Positions 8,476 to 17,615 of a stretch of 64,000 nt of DNA are shown here, piece after piece. The translations under genes and the position numbers were made by a program. Each line of letters begins with the position of its first letter. The stretch's first letter is position 1. Source of the stretch: a virus (lineage: Duplodnaviria > Caudoviricetes); IMG/VR virus record IMGVR_UViG_2788499822_000003, positions 3,818 to 67,817 of that record, one strand, 5' to 3'. Under the pieces are notes generated by a model. The model was not told the DNA's origin and did not search any database. It worked only from the letters and a program-made list of their open reading frames with translations.

Positions 8476-9501
8476 TTAATCTTCAAAAAGGTAATTGTAC
8501 TCGCCCGCAGCCATCAGCTCATCATCATAGGTTATTCCATTACGTTCAACGATTTGCCGTTTTTTGTAAAGGGCATATTCCTGTCTAGCGTGTTCAATGG
8601 CTTCGTCTTTTATGTAATCGGTATAGCCGGGCAGAACATCATAATCGTTAAGAGTTAGGAGCCTATCAAGTTGTTTATGAAGCGACTGCATGGTCATATT
8701 TTTCCCACGAAGTGCAGCTGACTCTGCATACAACAAAAATTGCTCAGAAAGTAAATGAAGTTTATAGATTTCATCTGGCTTAAGGTAATTCTTTCCAATT
8801 ATTATTTCGGACATGGTGGGAAATGTACCTTTCATAGAATACAATCCCATATTATCGGCTGTATGGTCTGCTCGATCTTGAATCAGTTTTGAACTAGTTA
8901 ATCCCGTTATAGCATGGTGGAATTTGTCTTGAAGTAACGCATAAAAAGATCTGACTTCTTGTGCCTTCGGGTCATAGTCAGAGGCGCTAATTTTAAAACA
9001 TTCTCTAACTTTTTCATAAACTTGCTTTTCGCCAGCCCTCAGAGCTCGTACTTGTGCGGCGAGTTCATTTAGTTTTTCTGGAGATTCACGAAGCAAGGTT
9101 TCATTAATGAGATAGCCTTGTTCAAGATATGCTCTGAGTGTTTTATTACCCCACTGACGGAATGCAATTGCTTTCTTAGCATTAACACGAAACCCCACAG
9201 AAATGACAATATCCATATTAAAATGGCTTATTGTTCTGCTAACTGATCTTTTACCCTCATTTTGAACTAGTCGGAATTCCCGACAGGTTGATATTTGTTC
9301 AAGCTCACCATCTTTATAGATATTTGAAATATGCTCGATGATAGTCTGCCGCTCAACTCCATAAAGTGAAGCAATTTCTTTAGTAGTTGCCCAAATTTCT
9401 TCTGATTCTTGATGATATTTGAAATCTATGATCTGATTATCTTGATTGTATTGAACAATACTTAGCGGTCCATTTGATTCATCGTTTTCATCGCCTGCCA
9501 T
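8476..9501 (-). CDS. rhuM: RhuM-family (virulence/DNA-binding) protein in the immunity region
   Basis: IWATTKEIASLYGV, CREFRLVQNEGKRSVSR, FNMDIVISVGFRVN, FRQW, KNYL motifs. Confidence 0.8.
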   Translation of the reverse strand: MAGDENDESNGPLSIVQYNQDNQIIDFKYHQESEEIWATTKEIASLYGVERQTIIEHISNIYKDGELEQISTCREFRLVQNEGKRSVSRTISHFNMDIVISVGFRVNAKKAIAFRQWGNKTLRAYLEQGYLINETLLRESPEKLNELAAQVRALRAGEKQVYEKVRECFKISASDYDPKAQEVRSFYALLQDKFHHAITGLTSSKLIQDRADHTADNMGLYSMKGTFPTMSEIIIGKNYLKPDEIYKLHLLSEQFLLYAESAALRGKNMTMQSLHKQLDRLLTLNDYDVLPGYTDYIKDEAIEHARQEYALYKKRQIVERNGITYDDELMAAGEYNYLFED

Positions 9502-9614
9502 GCCACATTCCCCTTAAAGTAGATGGAGATCTTAACCTGCATTAACGATCAAATAATAATGTCAACACTTCTATTAAAATACCCCCTTCTCGCCTACTAA
9601 GCTGCATCATTGTA

Positions 9615-10346
9615 TCATCCGTCAATATCGCGCTTCGACTCAACGTCATCAGCTGATATGAACCGGGTTGATTTCAAAATACCCGAAACATAATGCACTT
9701 CGTCAACATCACTCACAGCCATGGTGATTGGTGGATGGGCATTGTTTATACTGGTAAATTGATACAGGCCATCACGCGTGTAGTTGAGAATTTTGATCAT
9801 GTTATGACCTTCATGTGTCCTGACAAAGACTTCATCACCTGGGTGGGTCTTCGTGTTCGGCTCAATGACAACGAACTCGCCTGACTGAATTCGTGGCCAC
9901 ATGCTGTCGCCTTTGACACGAACACCGTAAGCATCCACATCTGGGCTGTATATCCGCAACCATCCAGCGTGAAACTCAAGCATGTCAATAGAACCATCCA
10001 TTCCAAGGATTGCCTCGCCTTTAACCGGAATGACGCCTTCCTTGGGAGAACCCATGACTTCAACACTATCTTGTATATTTCCTGATGAGAAGCCTGCCAT
10101 TTCCTTTGCTAAATCAGGGCTAAAATCAGCAACACCAACTTTCAAAATTTTTGCAAACTCCAATGCACGGCTGAGATTTAGAGCGTTTTTGCCTGACAAA
10201 ATCTGTGCCACAGCGCTTTGAACCACGCCTAAATCGTGGGCAATGGATTCTTGTGATAGCCCAAGCTCTTTTTTCTTAGCCTCATAGATCGCTTTTAAAC
10301 GCTTAGCGTCCTCGACCTGGGTGGCTGTTAAAGGTTTCTTTTTCAT
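9615..10346 (-). CDS. cI: CI repressor (HTH plus S24 peptidase)
   Basis: Lambda-like N-terminus MKKKPLT...LSQESIA; GDSM catalytic Ser, IKIL Lys; divergent from cro. Confidence 0.95.
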   Translation of the reverse strand: MKKKPLTATQVEDAKRLKAIYEAKKKELGLSQESIAHDLGVVQSAVAQILSGKNALNLSRALEFAKILKVGVADFSPDLAKEMAGFSSGNIQDSVEVMGSPKEGVIPVKGEAILGMDGSIDMLEFHAGWLRIYSPDVDAYGVRVKGDSMWPRIQSGEFVVIEPNTKTHPGDEVFVRTHEGHNMIKILNYTRDGLYQFTSINNAHPPITMAVSDVDEVHYVSGILKSTRFISADDVESKRDIDG

Positions 10347-10356
10347 ATGCCCACTT

Positions 10357-10422
10357 TATTACCGTTGGGAATATTCAACAATCACTAGCGGTGTTGACAT
10401 ATTCATCACTAGCGGTGATACT
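10357..10422 (+). promoter_or_regulatory. OR3/OR2/OR1 operators and pR promoter
   Basis: Operators 10357-10373, 10380-10396, 10404-10420 (ATCACtAGCGGTG); TTGACA(10394)-17bp-GATACT(10417). Confidence 0.88.
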
Positions 10423-10448
10423 CGCACTTAGAAACTATGGAGAACCCC

Positions 10449-10673
10449 ATGAAGCGAATCAGTTTGGCTGAATATGTCGCTGATTATGGTCAAGTCAATG
10501 CTGCTGCTGCCCTTGGCGTTTATCAAAGCGCTATCAGCAAAGCAATCGCATCTGGCAGGAATGTAACCGTAATTATCAACGACAAAGGCGACGTTTATGC
10601 GGAAGAGCTGAGGCCCTTTCCTAGCCAAAAAAGACTTGAAAACAACACAACCAATTGTTGCGACCGACAGTGA
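10449..10673 (+). CDS. cro: Cro repressor
   Basis: MKRISLAEYVADYGQVNAAAALGVYQSAISKAI matches lambda Cro; GGAG RBS. Confidence 0.9.
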   Translation: MKRISLAEYVADYGQVNAAAALGVYQSAISKAIASGRNVTVIINDKGDVYAEELRPFPSQKRLENNTTNCCDRQ

Positions 10674-10726
10674 AAAGCCTACAGCTTTCTTTATAAAAGA
10701 ATAACCACAGAAACAGGGGGTTAACA

Positions 10727-11299
10727 GTGGGTGTTTTAAAAAGAGCCATAAACAAAGCAAAAGACTGGATCGCTGAAAAACAACCGGACTGGTATGTGAG
10801 GGCTGTCAGAAAAACGATCTCCGAACTTCCTGGGGGTTATGAAGAAGCACCCACATGGCTAGGTAACAAAATAACCAACGATTCCCTTTTCAACAGATTA
10901 CGGACTAATGGTGATCAGCTTTTCCCACTCGGATGGGCAATCGTCCTTCAGAAGGCTGGTGGATCTCACCATGTTGCTGATGCGGTTGCGCGCGCATCAG
11001 GCGGAGTTTTTGTACCTCTTCCGGATGTTGAAAAAGTTGATAACGCTGACATCAACCAACGCTTGCTAGAGGCCATTGAACAGATCACCTCCTACTCACA
11101 GCAAATCAGAGAAGCCGTCGAGGATGGGATCATTGAGCCGCACGAAAGGGCAATTATTGATGACGAACTCTATCGGGTGATAGCGAAGTTACAGGAGCAC
11201 TTAACCCTGGTGTACCTCGTTTTTTGCCCTGCTGAAAAAGTTGACGCCCCGGGATTGCAGCCCAGGGCGTCGGCGTCTGCAAATCGTGGAGATAACTAA
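10727..11299 (+). CDS. YmfL-family/CII-like regulatory protein
   Basis: Position after cro; LFNRLRTNGDQLFP, VARASGGVFVPLP, DGIIEPHE motifs. Confidence 0.75.
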   Translation: MGVLKRAINKAKDWIAEKQPDWYVRAVRKTISELPGGYEEAPTWLGNKITNDSLFNRLRTNGDQLFPLGWAIVLQKAGGSHHVADAVARASGGVFVPLPDVEKVDNADINQRLLEAIEQITSYSQQIREAVEDGIIEPHERAIIDDELYRVIAKLQEHLTLVYLVFCPAEKVDAPGLQPRASASANRGDN

Positions 11300-11302
11300 C
11301 GC

Positions 11303-11497
11303 ATGAACAGTGTAACTAAAAACGCTGGTCTACCGCAAATGCGTTGTAAGTCTGTTGCTGGTGGACAAAACCCCGCGGCCTTTCGCTATGAAGTCATGGT
11401 CATGGGGCTGTGGATCCCAAGCAATTACCAGTTCGCCCGATGGGTAGTGGAAGACGGGCACAAGCTATTGAGAACGGGCGGCCGCCGTCATGAGTAG
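11303..11497 (+). CDS. Hypothetical phage protein
   Basis: Short ORF coupled to the replication gene. Confidence 0.5.
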   Translation: MNSVTKNAGLPQMRCKSVAGGQNPAAFRYEVMVMGLWIPSNYQFARWVVEDGHKLLRTGGRRHE

Positions 11498-12536
11498 GAT
11501 ATTTGATGTTATTAAATCCATGTCAGGGCAGGGGAATAGCATCACGATCCCAGTGCCGTACGTGGATTTTTTCGCCGGCGACCAACAGCCTCATGTCTTA
11601 GGCGCGATTCTTAATCAGCTGGTGTTCTGGTCTGGTAAATCGGATCTGAATGATGGCTGGTTTTACAAAGAGCATGCCGAGCTCGCGAGTGAAATTCATG
11701 GTGTCAGCCCTCATCAAGTTTACCGCCTGGTTAAAAAAATCCGTCATTTGTTACCCGGTGTTATTGAAGTAGAGCAGCGGCAGGTAAATGGCACGAAAAA
11801 GACACATTACCGAATAGATGGAGAAGCATTAATAGGCCTGATCTTCCCGGAATTGCAGGGAATCACGGAATCGCGAAACGGGAATCACGAAATCGTGAAA
11901 CCGGTATCGCGGGATCGTGAAACCCATATCGCGGAATCGCGAGACCCTAATCACGAGATCGTGAAACCTATTCTCTATACAGATCAATACACAGATCTAA
12001 ACAAACAGATCAAAGATCCTTCGTCGGAGAATTCTGGCGAATCCTCCGATGCGTCTTCTGAAAAAGAATTTTTAAAAGTACATCCGGAGGCCGTGGTGTA
12101 TAGCCCCAAAGGCAGCAAATGGGGAAACGAAGAGGATCTGCGCTGCGCGAAATGGATATGGAGTCGGATTATCCGGCTTTATGAGCAGGCGGCGGAAACG
12201 GACGGCGAGCTTGTAAGCCCCAAAGAGCCTAATTGGACAGTCTGGGCGAATGAGGTCCGCATGATGCGGATGCTGGACAACCGGAATCACCGGCATATCT
12301 GCGAATTGTTTGGCCGTGCCAACAAAGACCGGTTCTGGTGCAAAAACATCCTCAGCCCGGCGAAGCTGCGCGAAAAATGGGACGAGCTTGTCCTGAAGCT
12401 TCCCGCTGCAAACACAGGCACATCAGCCCGAAGCATAACCCCTCCCACCGGACAGACACCGCCAGGATTCATGAGTGCGGCGGAATTTGTCGCCCAACAT
12501 CCAATACCTGATGGAGCATTCGATGATGACGACTGA
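11490..12536 (+). CDS. Phage replication initiator (O-like)
   Basis: N-terminal wHTH-like region, internal iterons, C-terminal FWxxNILSPAKLREKWD motif; followed by DnaC-like gene. Confidence 0.85.
   Translation: MSRIFDVIKSMSGQGNSITIPVPYVDFFAGDQQPHVLGAILNQLVFWSGKSDLNDGWFYKEHAELASEIHGVSPHQVYRLVKKIRHLLPGVIEVEQRQVNGTKKTHYRIDGEALIGLIFPELQGITESRNGNHEIVKPVSRDRETHIAESRDPNHEIVKPILYTDQYTDLNKQIKDPSSENSGESSDASSEKEFLKVHPEAVVYSPKGSKWGNEEDLRCAKWIWSRIIRLYEQAAETDGELVSPKEPNWTVWANEVRMMRMLDNRNHRHICELFGRANKDRFWCKNILSPAKLREKWDELVLKLPAANTGTSARSITPPTGQTPPGFMSAAEFVAQHPIPDGAFDDDD
11861..12020 (+). repeat. Phage replication origin: five 22-bp iterons plus an AT-rich ACAGATC repeat tract
   Basis: Units start at 11861, 11883, 11905, 11927, 11949 with a TCRCG-N4-CGYGA palindromic core; three ACAGATC copies follow. 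Confidence 0.8.
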
Positions 12537-13263
12537 CTTGCTCGCTCGCTTTCGCCTGGCTGCCCTTAAGCCAGCCTATATTCAACCGCGGTTCAAGACC
12601 GTCGAAGAACTAATGGAGTGGCACCGGAACGAAGAGTTAAAAACCGCTCGTGCCGTGACGATTCAAAATCGGCAGCGCCGCTTGGAAAAGATCATCGGCC
12701 GATCAGGGATTTGCCCGCTGCACAAGGACTGCACTTTTGCCAACTACACGGTGGAATGCGAGGGGCAGGGCAGAGCGTTGGATGCTGCCCGGACTTACGC
12801 AACGGAATTCGGCAAGACGCATGGCGGTTTTATCTTCTCCGGAAGCGTAGGGACTGGGAAAAATCATCTGGCTACAGCCATCGCTAAGTACCTCATCAAG
12901 CGAAACAAAACGGCCATGATCATCACGGTATCGGAATTACTGACTAATTTCCGGGCCACGTTCGACAAAGGCAGCGCCGTGAAAGAATCGGCCCTGATGA
13001 AAGACATTTGTGGCCTGGATTTGCTGGTGCTCGATGAGGTTGGCCTGCAGAAGGGCAGCGAATGGGAAATCAACCTGCTGACACAAATTGTAGACCGCCG
13101 CCAGCTGCAGCTTAAACCCACCGGGATGCTCACGAACTGCACTGAAGCTGAACTCATGTCCATTTTGCGTGAGCGAATTATGGATCGCCAACTTTCAGGC
13201 GGGGTTTGGGTGGAATTCAACTGGCCCAGCCAACGCAGCAAAACCAGGGGGAAAAAGGCATGA
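12523..13263 (+). CDS. DnaC/IstB-like helicase loader ATPase
   Basis: Walker A GSVGTGKNH, Walker B LLVLDE. Confidence 0.9.
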   Translation: MMTTDLLARFRLAALKPAYIQPRFKTVEELMEWHRNEELKTARAVTIQNRQRRLEKIIGRSGICPLHKDCTFANYTVECEGQGRALDAARTYATEFGKTHGGFIFSGSVGTGKNHLATAIAKYLIKRNKTAMIITVSELLTNFRATFDKGSAVKESALMKDICGLDLLVLDEVGLQKGSEWEINLLTQIVDRRQLQLKPTGMLTNCTEAELMSILRERIMDRQLSGGVWVEFNWPSQRSKTRGKKA

Positions 13264-13607
13264 AACTGTCAATTTACGTTGATGAATTCGAACGGGCAGA
13301 TATTAACGACGGCATCCGCAGCCTGATCCGGTCAGGTTACCTGAAAGAGAATGAATCATCTCAATTCAGCCGCGTTTTGCATGCCGCCGCCGGCCCAACC
13401 TGGCGCACCCTCCGAGATTTGGAATTGCTGGTGCTGCAGATGTATGGCGTCGCCGACACCCAAGCGGCGATCAGCGCCAGGCTGCGGGAGGTAAAGCCAG
13501 AAATCCACGGGCTGAAGAAAGAACGCCGGTACATCAAGGATCCGGAGACCTTAAAAATTGTCCATTTTTACCGGCTGGTGGCCGCAGAAAAGGAGACAGC
13601 AGAATGA
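13260..13607 (+). CDS. Hypothetical phage protein (possible HTH)
   Basis: ATGA-coupled; WRTLRDLE...AISARLRE motif. Confidence 0.6.
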   Translation: MKLSIYVDEFERADINDGIRSLIRSGYLKENESSQFSRVLHAAAGPTWRTLRDLELLVLQMYGVADTQAAISARLREVKPEIHGLKKERRYIKDPETLKIVHFYRLVAAEKETAE

Positions 13608-13798
13608 ATATGCCATTTTACGAAATCGCCGAAAAGGCCCGTAGTTCTGAAATTGCCGGCATGCGTGCTGAAGCCCATCTGTTATGGATTAAGGCCGAGA
13701 AACTGGCTAAAAGCCGGGCCAATGCCGAATGGGCAGCCGCCCGGGCAGATTTTTGCTTTAACTCCCGGTTTGCACCGACGCCGGAGCGTGCAGCATGA
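13604..13798 (+). CDS. PerC/ANR-family small regulator
   Basis: A..AE..G...EA..LW.KA...A...N..WA..RADFC pattern. Confidence 0.7.
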   Translation: MNMPFYEIAEKARSSEIAGMRAEAHLLWIKAEKLAKSRANAEWAAARADFCFNSRFAPTPERAA

Positions 13799-14109
13799 AA
13801 CTGCCGGTTCAAATGCAAACCATCGATATACAGACTGGCACCGTCGAAAAGACGGAAACCGTCGGTTTCCAGATCATGCCTAAACGTGAAGGCACTTGCC
13901 AGGAATGCGGTCGCCAGCATTTAGACGAAGATCCGCACGACGCTCAATCCCTTCACTACCAGTATACGTTTTACGCACGAGAAGGCCGCTGGCCGACATG
14001 GGCTGACGCTTTGGCGCATTGCCCCGTTGATACGCGGAATCTCTGGATTAAAGAACTGGCGAAGCACGGCATCGACGTTGTCGGTACCAAACAAGGGGGT
14101 GCCCAATGA
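13795..14109 (+). CDS. Hypothetical phage protein (Zn-binding)
   Basis: CQECGRQH...PH, WPTWADALAHC motifs; overlapping starts and stops. Confidence 0.6.
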   Translation: MKLPVQMQTIDIQTGTVEKTETVGFQIMPKREGTCQECGRQHLDEDPHDAQSLHYQYTFYAREGRWPTWADALAHCPVDTRNLWIKELAKHGIDVVGTKQGGAQ

Positions 14110-14360
14110 TCGTCGTTCAGAATCCTCACCGCGCGGGCAAAACATCGATGCTGCTCTATAACGTTTGCCAGTTTGTAGAGATTTATCACGATGCCTACCG
14201 AGAAGCCCAGGCCCACATAGCCGAGTTGGAGCGGCAGCTCCGAAAACGCGACCGCGATGACTTCGTACATGGTGTGACGAATATAGCCGCCGGTTACACC
14301 ACCTGGGAAGCCCAGGAAGCGATTGCCGCATACGACAAAATGCATGGGGGGACGTTGTGA
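14106..14360 (+). CDS. Hypothetical phage protein
   Basis: Coupled ORF in the nin-like operon. Confidence 0.5.
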   Translation: MIVVQNPHRAGKTSMLLYNVCQFVEIYHDAYREAQAHIAELERQLRKRDRDDFVHGVTNIAAGYTTWEAQEAIAAYDKMHGGTL

Positions 14361-14683
14361 AGCAATCCCTAACCAAAAAACAAACCGAATTATATGAGTT
14401 CATCAAGGCGTTCATTGAGGTTCGTGGCTTCCCGCCGACCGTTACTGAAATGGCCGCCCATTTCGAATGCTTTCCCAATTCGTCAGCGGATCAATTGAAA
14501 GCCCTGGTTCGGAAAGGGTGGATAAAAATCACTCCGCGCACATCCCGAGGTCTCTCGTTAATAGATCCAGTTAAAACCATAGATGAACGAGCCCTGGAAG
14601 AATCGGTAGCCCTTTTGAATGTGGTCATGGAAGCCTATGAGGATGCACGTGTCCGCATAGCTGAACTGGAAACAGGAGAATAA
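14357..14683 (+). CDS. LexA-type DNA-binding domain protein
   Basis: LTKKQTELYEFIKAFIEVRGFPPTVTEMA...LKALVRKGWI matches the LexA wHTH. Confidence 0.8.
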   Translation: MKQSLTKKQTELYEFIKAFIEVRGFPPTVTEMAAHFECFPNSSADQLKALVRKGWIKITPRTSRGLSLIDPVKTIDERALEESVALLNVVMEAYEDARVRIAELETGE

Positions 14684-14684
14684 C

Positions 14685-15476
14685 ATGGCAAAAAATTCTG
14701 TAGACGTCTATGGCGCCAGCGGTAAAACCAACGTCTTAAAATTTGCGCCGGAAGCTTTGCATTTGGTTGATGATCCAACGCACCCGCTCTATGACGAACG
14801 TATCCATCTGCCGCTGGACGAGGCTATGGTCCTGAACATCATGAACCAGGGTGTCATTGAGCCGATCGTTGTCTGGAAGGACAAGGAAACCGGTCAGGTC
14901 TGCGTTGTTGATGGCCGGCAGCGCGTTAAGCACGCCAAGGAAGCCAATGTACGCCTGCAACGTGCCGGAGAGTCACCGCTGTTTGTCCCTGGGGTTGTGC
15001 GGGACGGTTCCGCTCGGCGCATGCAGGAAGCCATGGTAAGTGCTAACGAAATACGCAGACCGGATACTCCTCTCGGGCGTGCAAAAAAAATGGCTGACAT
15101 GTTATCGCGTGGCAATGATGAAGCTGACCTGGCTTTGTTTTTCGGCATCGGCATTCAGACCGTCCAGGCAACAATTTCCCTCTTACATTGCACTCAAGCG
15201 GTTCAGGATGCTGTCGAGTCTGGACAGATTACCGTTGGCCACGCTCGTCAATTGGCAGAACTCCCGCCGGAAGTACAGCGCGAAAAAGCCCAAGAGCTCG
15301 TTTCTGTTGCCCAGGAGACAAAAGGGCATGAAAAGGCACGGCGCCAGCGTGCTGTACTTGGAGAAGTTCGCCCGCGTATAAAGTCCCGTAAAGAAATCAC
15401 CACCGCACTTGCTTTAGCTACAGGCGAATATGCTGCCGCCCTACAATGGGTACTTGGGGAAGGGGATGCGGCATGA
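14685..15476 (+). CDS. ParB-like nuclease/HTH domain protein
   Basis: GVIEPIVV, VVDGRQRV ParB motif followed by an HTH. Confidence 0.8.
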   Translation: MAKNSVDVYGASGKTNVLKFAPEALHLVDDPTHPLYDERIHLPLDEAMVLNIMNQGVIEPIVVWKDKETGQVCVVDGRQRVKHAKEANVRLQRAGESPLFVPGVVRDGSARRMQEAMVSANEIRRPDTPLGRAKKMADMLSRGNDEADLALFFGIGIQTVQATISLLHCTQAVQDAVESGQITVGHARQLAELPPEVQREKAQELVSVAQETKGHEKARRQRAVLGEVRPRIKSRKEITTALALATGEYAAALQWVLGEGDAA

Positions 15477-15697
15477 AAGAAATTAATTTCCCTTGCGAAA
15501 CGGCCGTTATTTTCCGCGACACAATTTTCCTCATCAGACTCCAGGGTAAATCTGATTTGTGCCAGCAGATGGAAATGGCTACAGGCTGGTTTAAGCGCTG
15601 GTTCTCCGCGCCAGAAGATGAAGTGAAAGCCGCGTTGTTTGTGAGTTTTGGAGGTTTGTATCTCGACTATAAGCAGACGATGGAGCGTGCCGCATGA
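15473..15697 (+). CDS. Hypothetical phage protein
   Basis: ATGA-coupled on both sides. Confidence 0.5.
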   Translation: MKEINFPCETAVIFRDTIFLIRLQGKSDLCQQMEMATGWFKRWFSAPEDEVKAALFVSFGGLYLDYKQTMERAA

Positions 15698-16752
15698 GCT
15701 ATCAACTGTTTGTCGGCGACTGCATCGACTCAATGCGCGCCCTGCAGGAACAGTCCGTGAACTGCTGTGTGACCAGCCCGCCATATTACGGCCTGCGCGA
15801 TTACGGCGTTGAAGGCCAGATTGGCTTGGAGCAAACGCCAGATGATTACATTGCCCGGCTGGTGGCTGTGTTCCGTGAAGTCCGGCGCGTGCTGCGCGAT
15901 GACGGCACGCTGTGGGTGAACATGGGGGACAGTTACGCCACCACTTCAACTTACAACGCTCCCAGAACGTCCGCTGGCACTTTTGGCAGGGTCGCCGGTT
16001 CCCGCCAGCCGGCCCCCAAAATTCCTGCCGGGATTAAGGCAAAAGACATGCTGGGTATCCCCTGGATGCTGGCGTTTGCCCTTCGCGCCGACGGCTGGTA
16101 TCTCCGCCAGGACATCATCTGGCACAAGCCAAACCCCATGCCGGAGAGCGTCCGTGACCGCTGCACAAAGGCGCATGAATACATTTTCCTCCTGAGCAAA
16201 TCGCCGCGGTATTTTTTCGATCATGAAGCCATGAAAGAGCCAGTGCAGTCGGATAAGGGCAACGCCAACAGCTTCAGGGGGGGGGCGTACGTGAATAATT
16301 CCACCTTTGATAATTCAACAGGCGGGAACCGCACGGTCACCGGCAACACCCGGTCCCGCCGCGATTCCTTCAAACGCGACGGCAGCAAGCGCGAGCAAGT
16401 CTTCCCCGGCCAGACCGCGGGCACACATCGCCCCGGTAGGGACGAATCGGCGTGGGATATCGGCATGCGCAACCGTCGCGACGTCTGGAGTGTCGCAACA
16501 CGGGGGTATCCTGGCGCGCATTTCGCCACTTTCCCGCCGGCGCTGATTGAGCCCTGCATCCTGGCCGGCTGCCCGGCGGGAGGAACAGTACTGGACCCCT
16601 TTGGCGGCAGCGGTACAACCGCCGGGGTGACGCTGGCCCACGGACGCAAAGCCATTTTGTGCGAACTGAACCCCGAATATGCCGCGCTGGTGCCGGAACG
16701 CATCGATCAGATTGTTGGCGCAGGCATTAAGCGTAAGGATTGTGCAGCATGA
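15694..16752 (+). CDS. DNA amino-methyltransferase, beta class (likely N4-cytosine)
   Basis: Motif IV TSPPY precedes motif I DPFGGSGTT. Confidence 0.9.
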   Translation: MSYQLFVGDCIDSMRALQEQSVNCCVTSPPYYGLRDYGVEGQIGLEQTPDDYIARLVAVFREVRRVLRDDGTLWVNMGDSYATTSTYNAPRTSAGTFGRVAGSRQPAPKIPAGIKAKDMLGIPWMLAFALRADGWYLRQDIIWHKPNPMPESVRDRCTKAHEYIFLLSKSPRYFFDHEAMKEPVQSDKGNANSFRGGAYVNNSTFDNSTGGNRTVTGNTRSRRDSFKRDGSKREQVFPGQTAGTHRPGRDESAWDIGMRNRRDVWSVATRGYPGAHFATFPPALIEPCILAGCPAGGTVLDPFGGSGTTAGVTLAHGRKAILCELNPEYAALVPERIDQIVGAGIKRKDCAA

Positions 16753-17615
16753 ACCATTATTGCGAAGCACTGGAACAGCTCCGGCGCAAGTCCGCCCATA
16801 AGCTCAAGGAAATAGGCGACCAGTGGCGCACACCTGACCCGCTGTTCTGGGGAATTAACGCCATGTTCGGCCCGCTGGTGCTTGACCTGTTCGCCGACGA
16901 GAGCAACGCAAAATGCGAAGCCTACTACACCGCCGAGGATAACGCGCTGGTGCATGACTGGTCTGAGCGTCTGGCTGACCTAGGTGGCGCCGCTTTCGGT
17001 AATCCGCCGTATTCCCGCGCCAGTCAGCATGAGGAGCAATACATTACCGGCATGGTTCACATCATGGAACATACCATGGCGATGCGGGAACGTGGAGGCC
17101 GGTACGTGGTACTCATCAAAGCAGCCACGTCGGAAACATGGTGGCCGGAGCACGCCGACCACATTGCATTCATCCGGGGCCGCATTGGTTTTGATGTTCC
17201 CACCTGGTTTAAACCGGCGGATGCGCAGCAGGTACCGACCGGAGCTTTCTTTGCCGGGGCGATCGCCGTCTTCGATAAAACATGGACCGGTCCGGCAATT
17301 GGGTACGTCAATCGAGATGACCTGATAGCCCGCGGCGAAACTGCTCTGGCGCAGATGCGCTGGATGGCGCCCCGTTTCGTTCAATCACATATCCAGGCTC
17401 CTGAATTTGACCCAATACCGGAAATGGCCAACCGAGTATGGCCGGCCGAGGTCCATTTTCTGTTCGACCAGGTCCCAGCCGCCGGCAGTCTTCCGGCCGA
17501 GCTGCAAAACAAAATCCGCAGCCACATAAACCGCATGAAACTCGACGGTATAGCTACTGACGCCATTATCCAGCAGACCATTAAATTAACCACAGCCATG
17601 GGAGCAACAGCATGA
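16749..17615 (+). CDS. Phage N6-adenine DNA methyltransferase (Dam-like)
   Basis: WRTP, LDLFA and NPPY motifs. Confidence 0.88.
   Translation: MNHYCEALEQLRRKSAHKLKEIGDQWRTPDPLFWGINAMFGPLVLDLFADESNAKCEAYYTAEDNALVHDWSERLADLGGAAFGNPPYSRASQHEEQYITGMVHIMEHTMAMRERGGRYVVLIKAATSETWWPEHADHIAFIRGRIGFDVPTWFKPADAQQVPTGAFFAGAIAVFDKTWTGPAIGYVNRDDLIARGETALAQMRWMAPRFVQSHIQAPEFDPIPEMANRVWPAEVHFLFDQVPAAGSLPAELQNKIRSHINRMKLDGIATDAIIQQTIKLTTAMGATA

Noticed and set aside
11861-11970. CRISPR-like short repeats
   Set aside because: Contiguous 22-bp units without spacers inside the initiator gene are iterons; there are no cas genes.
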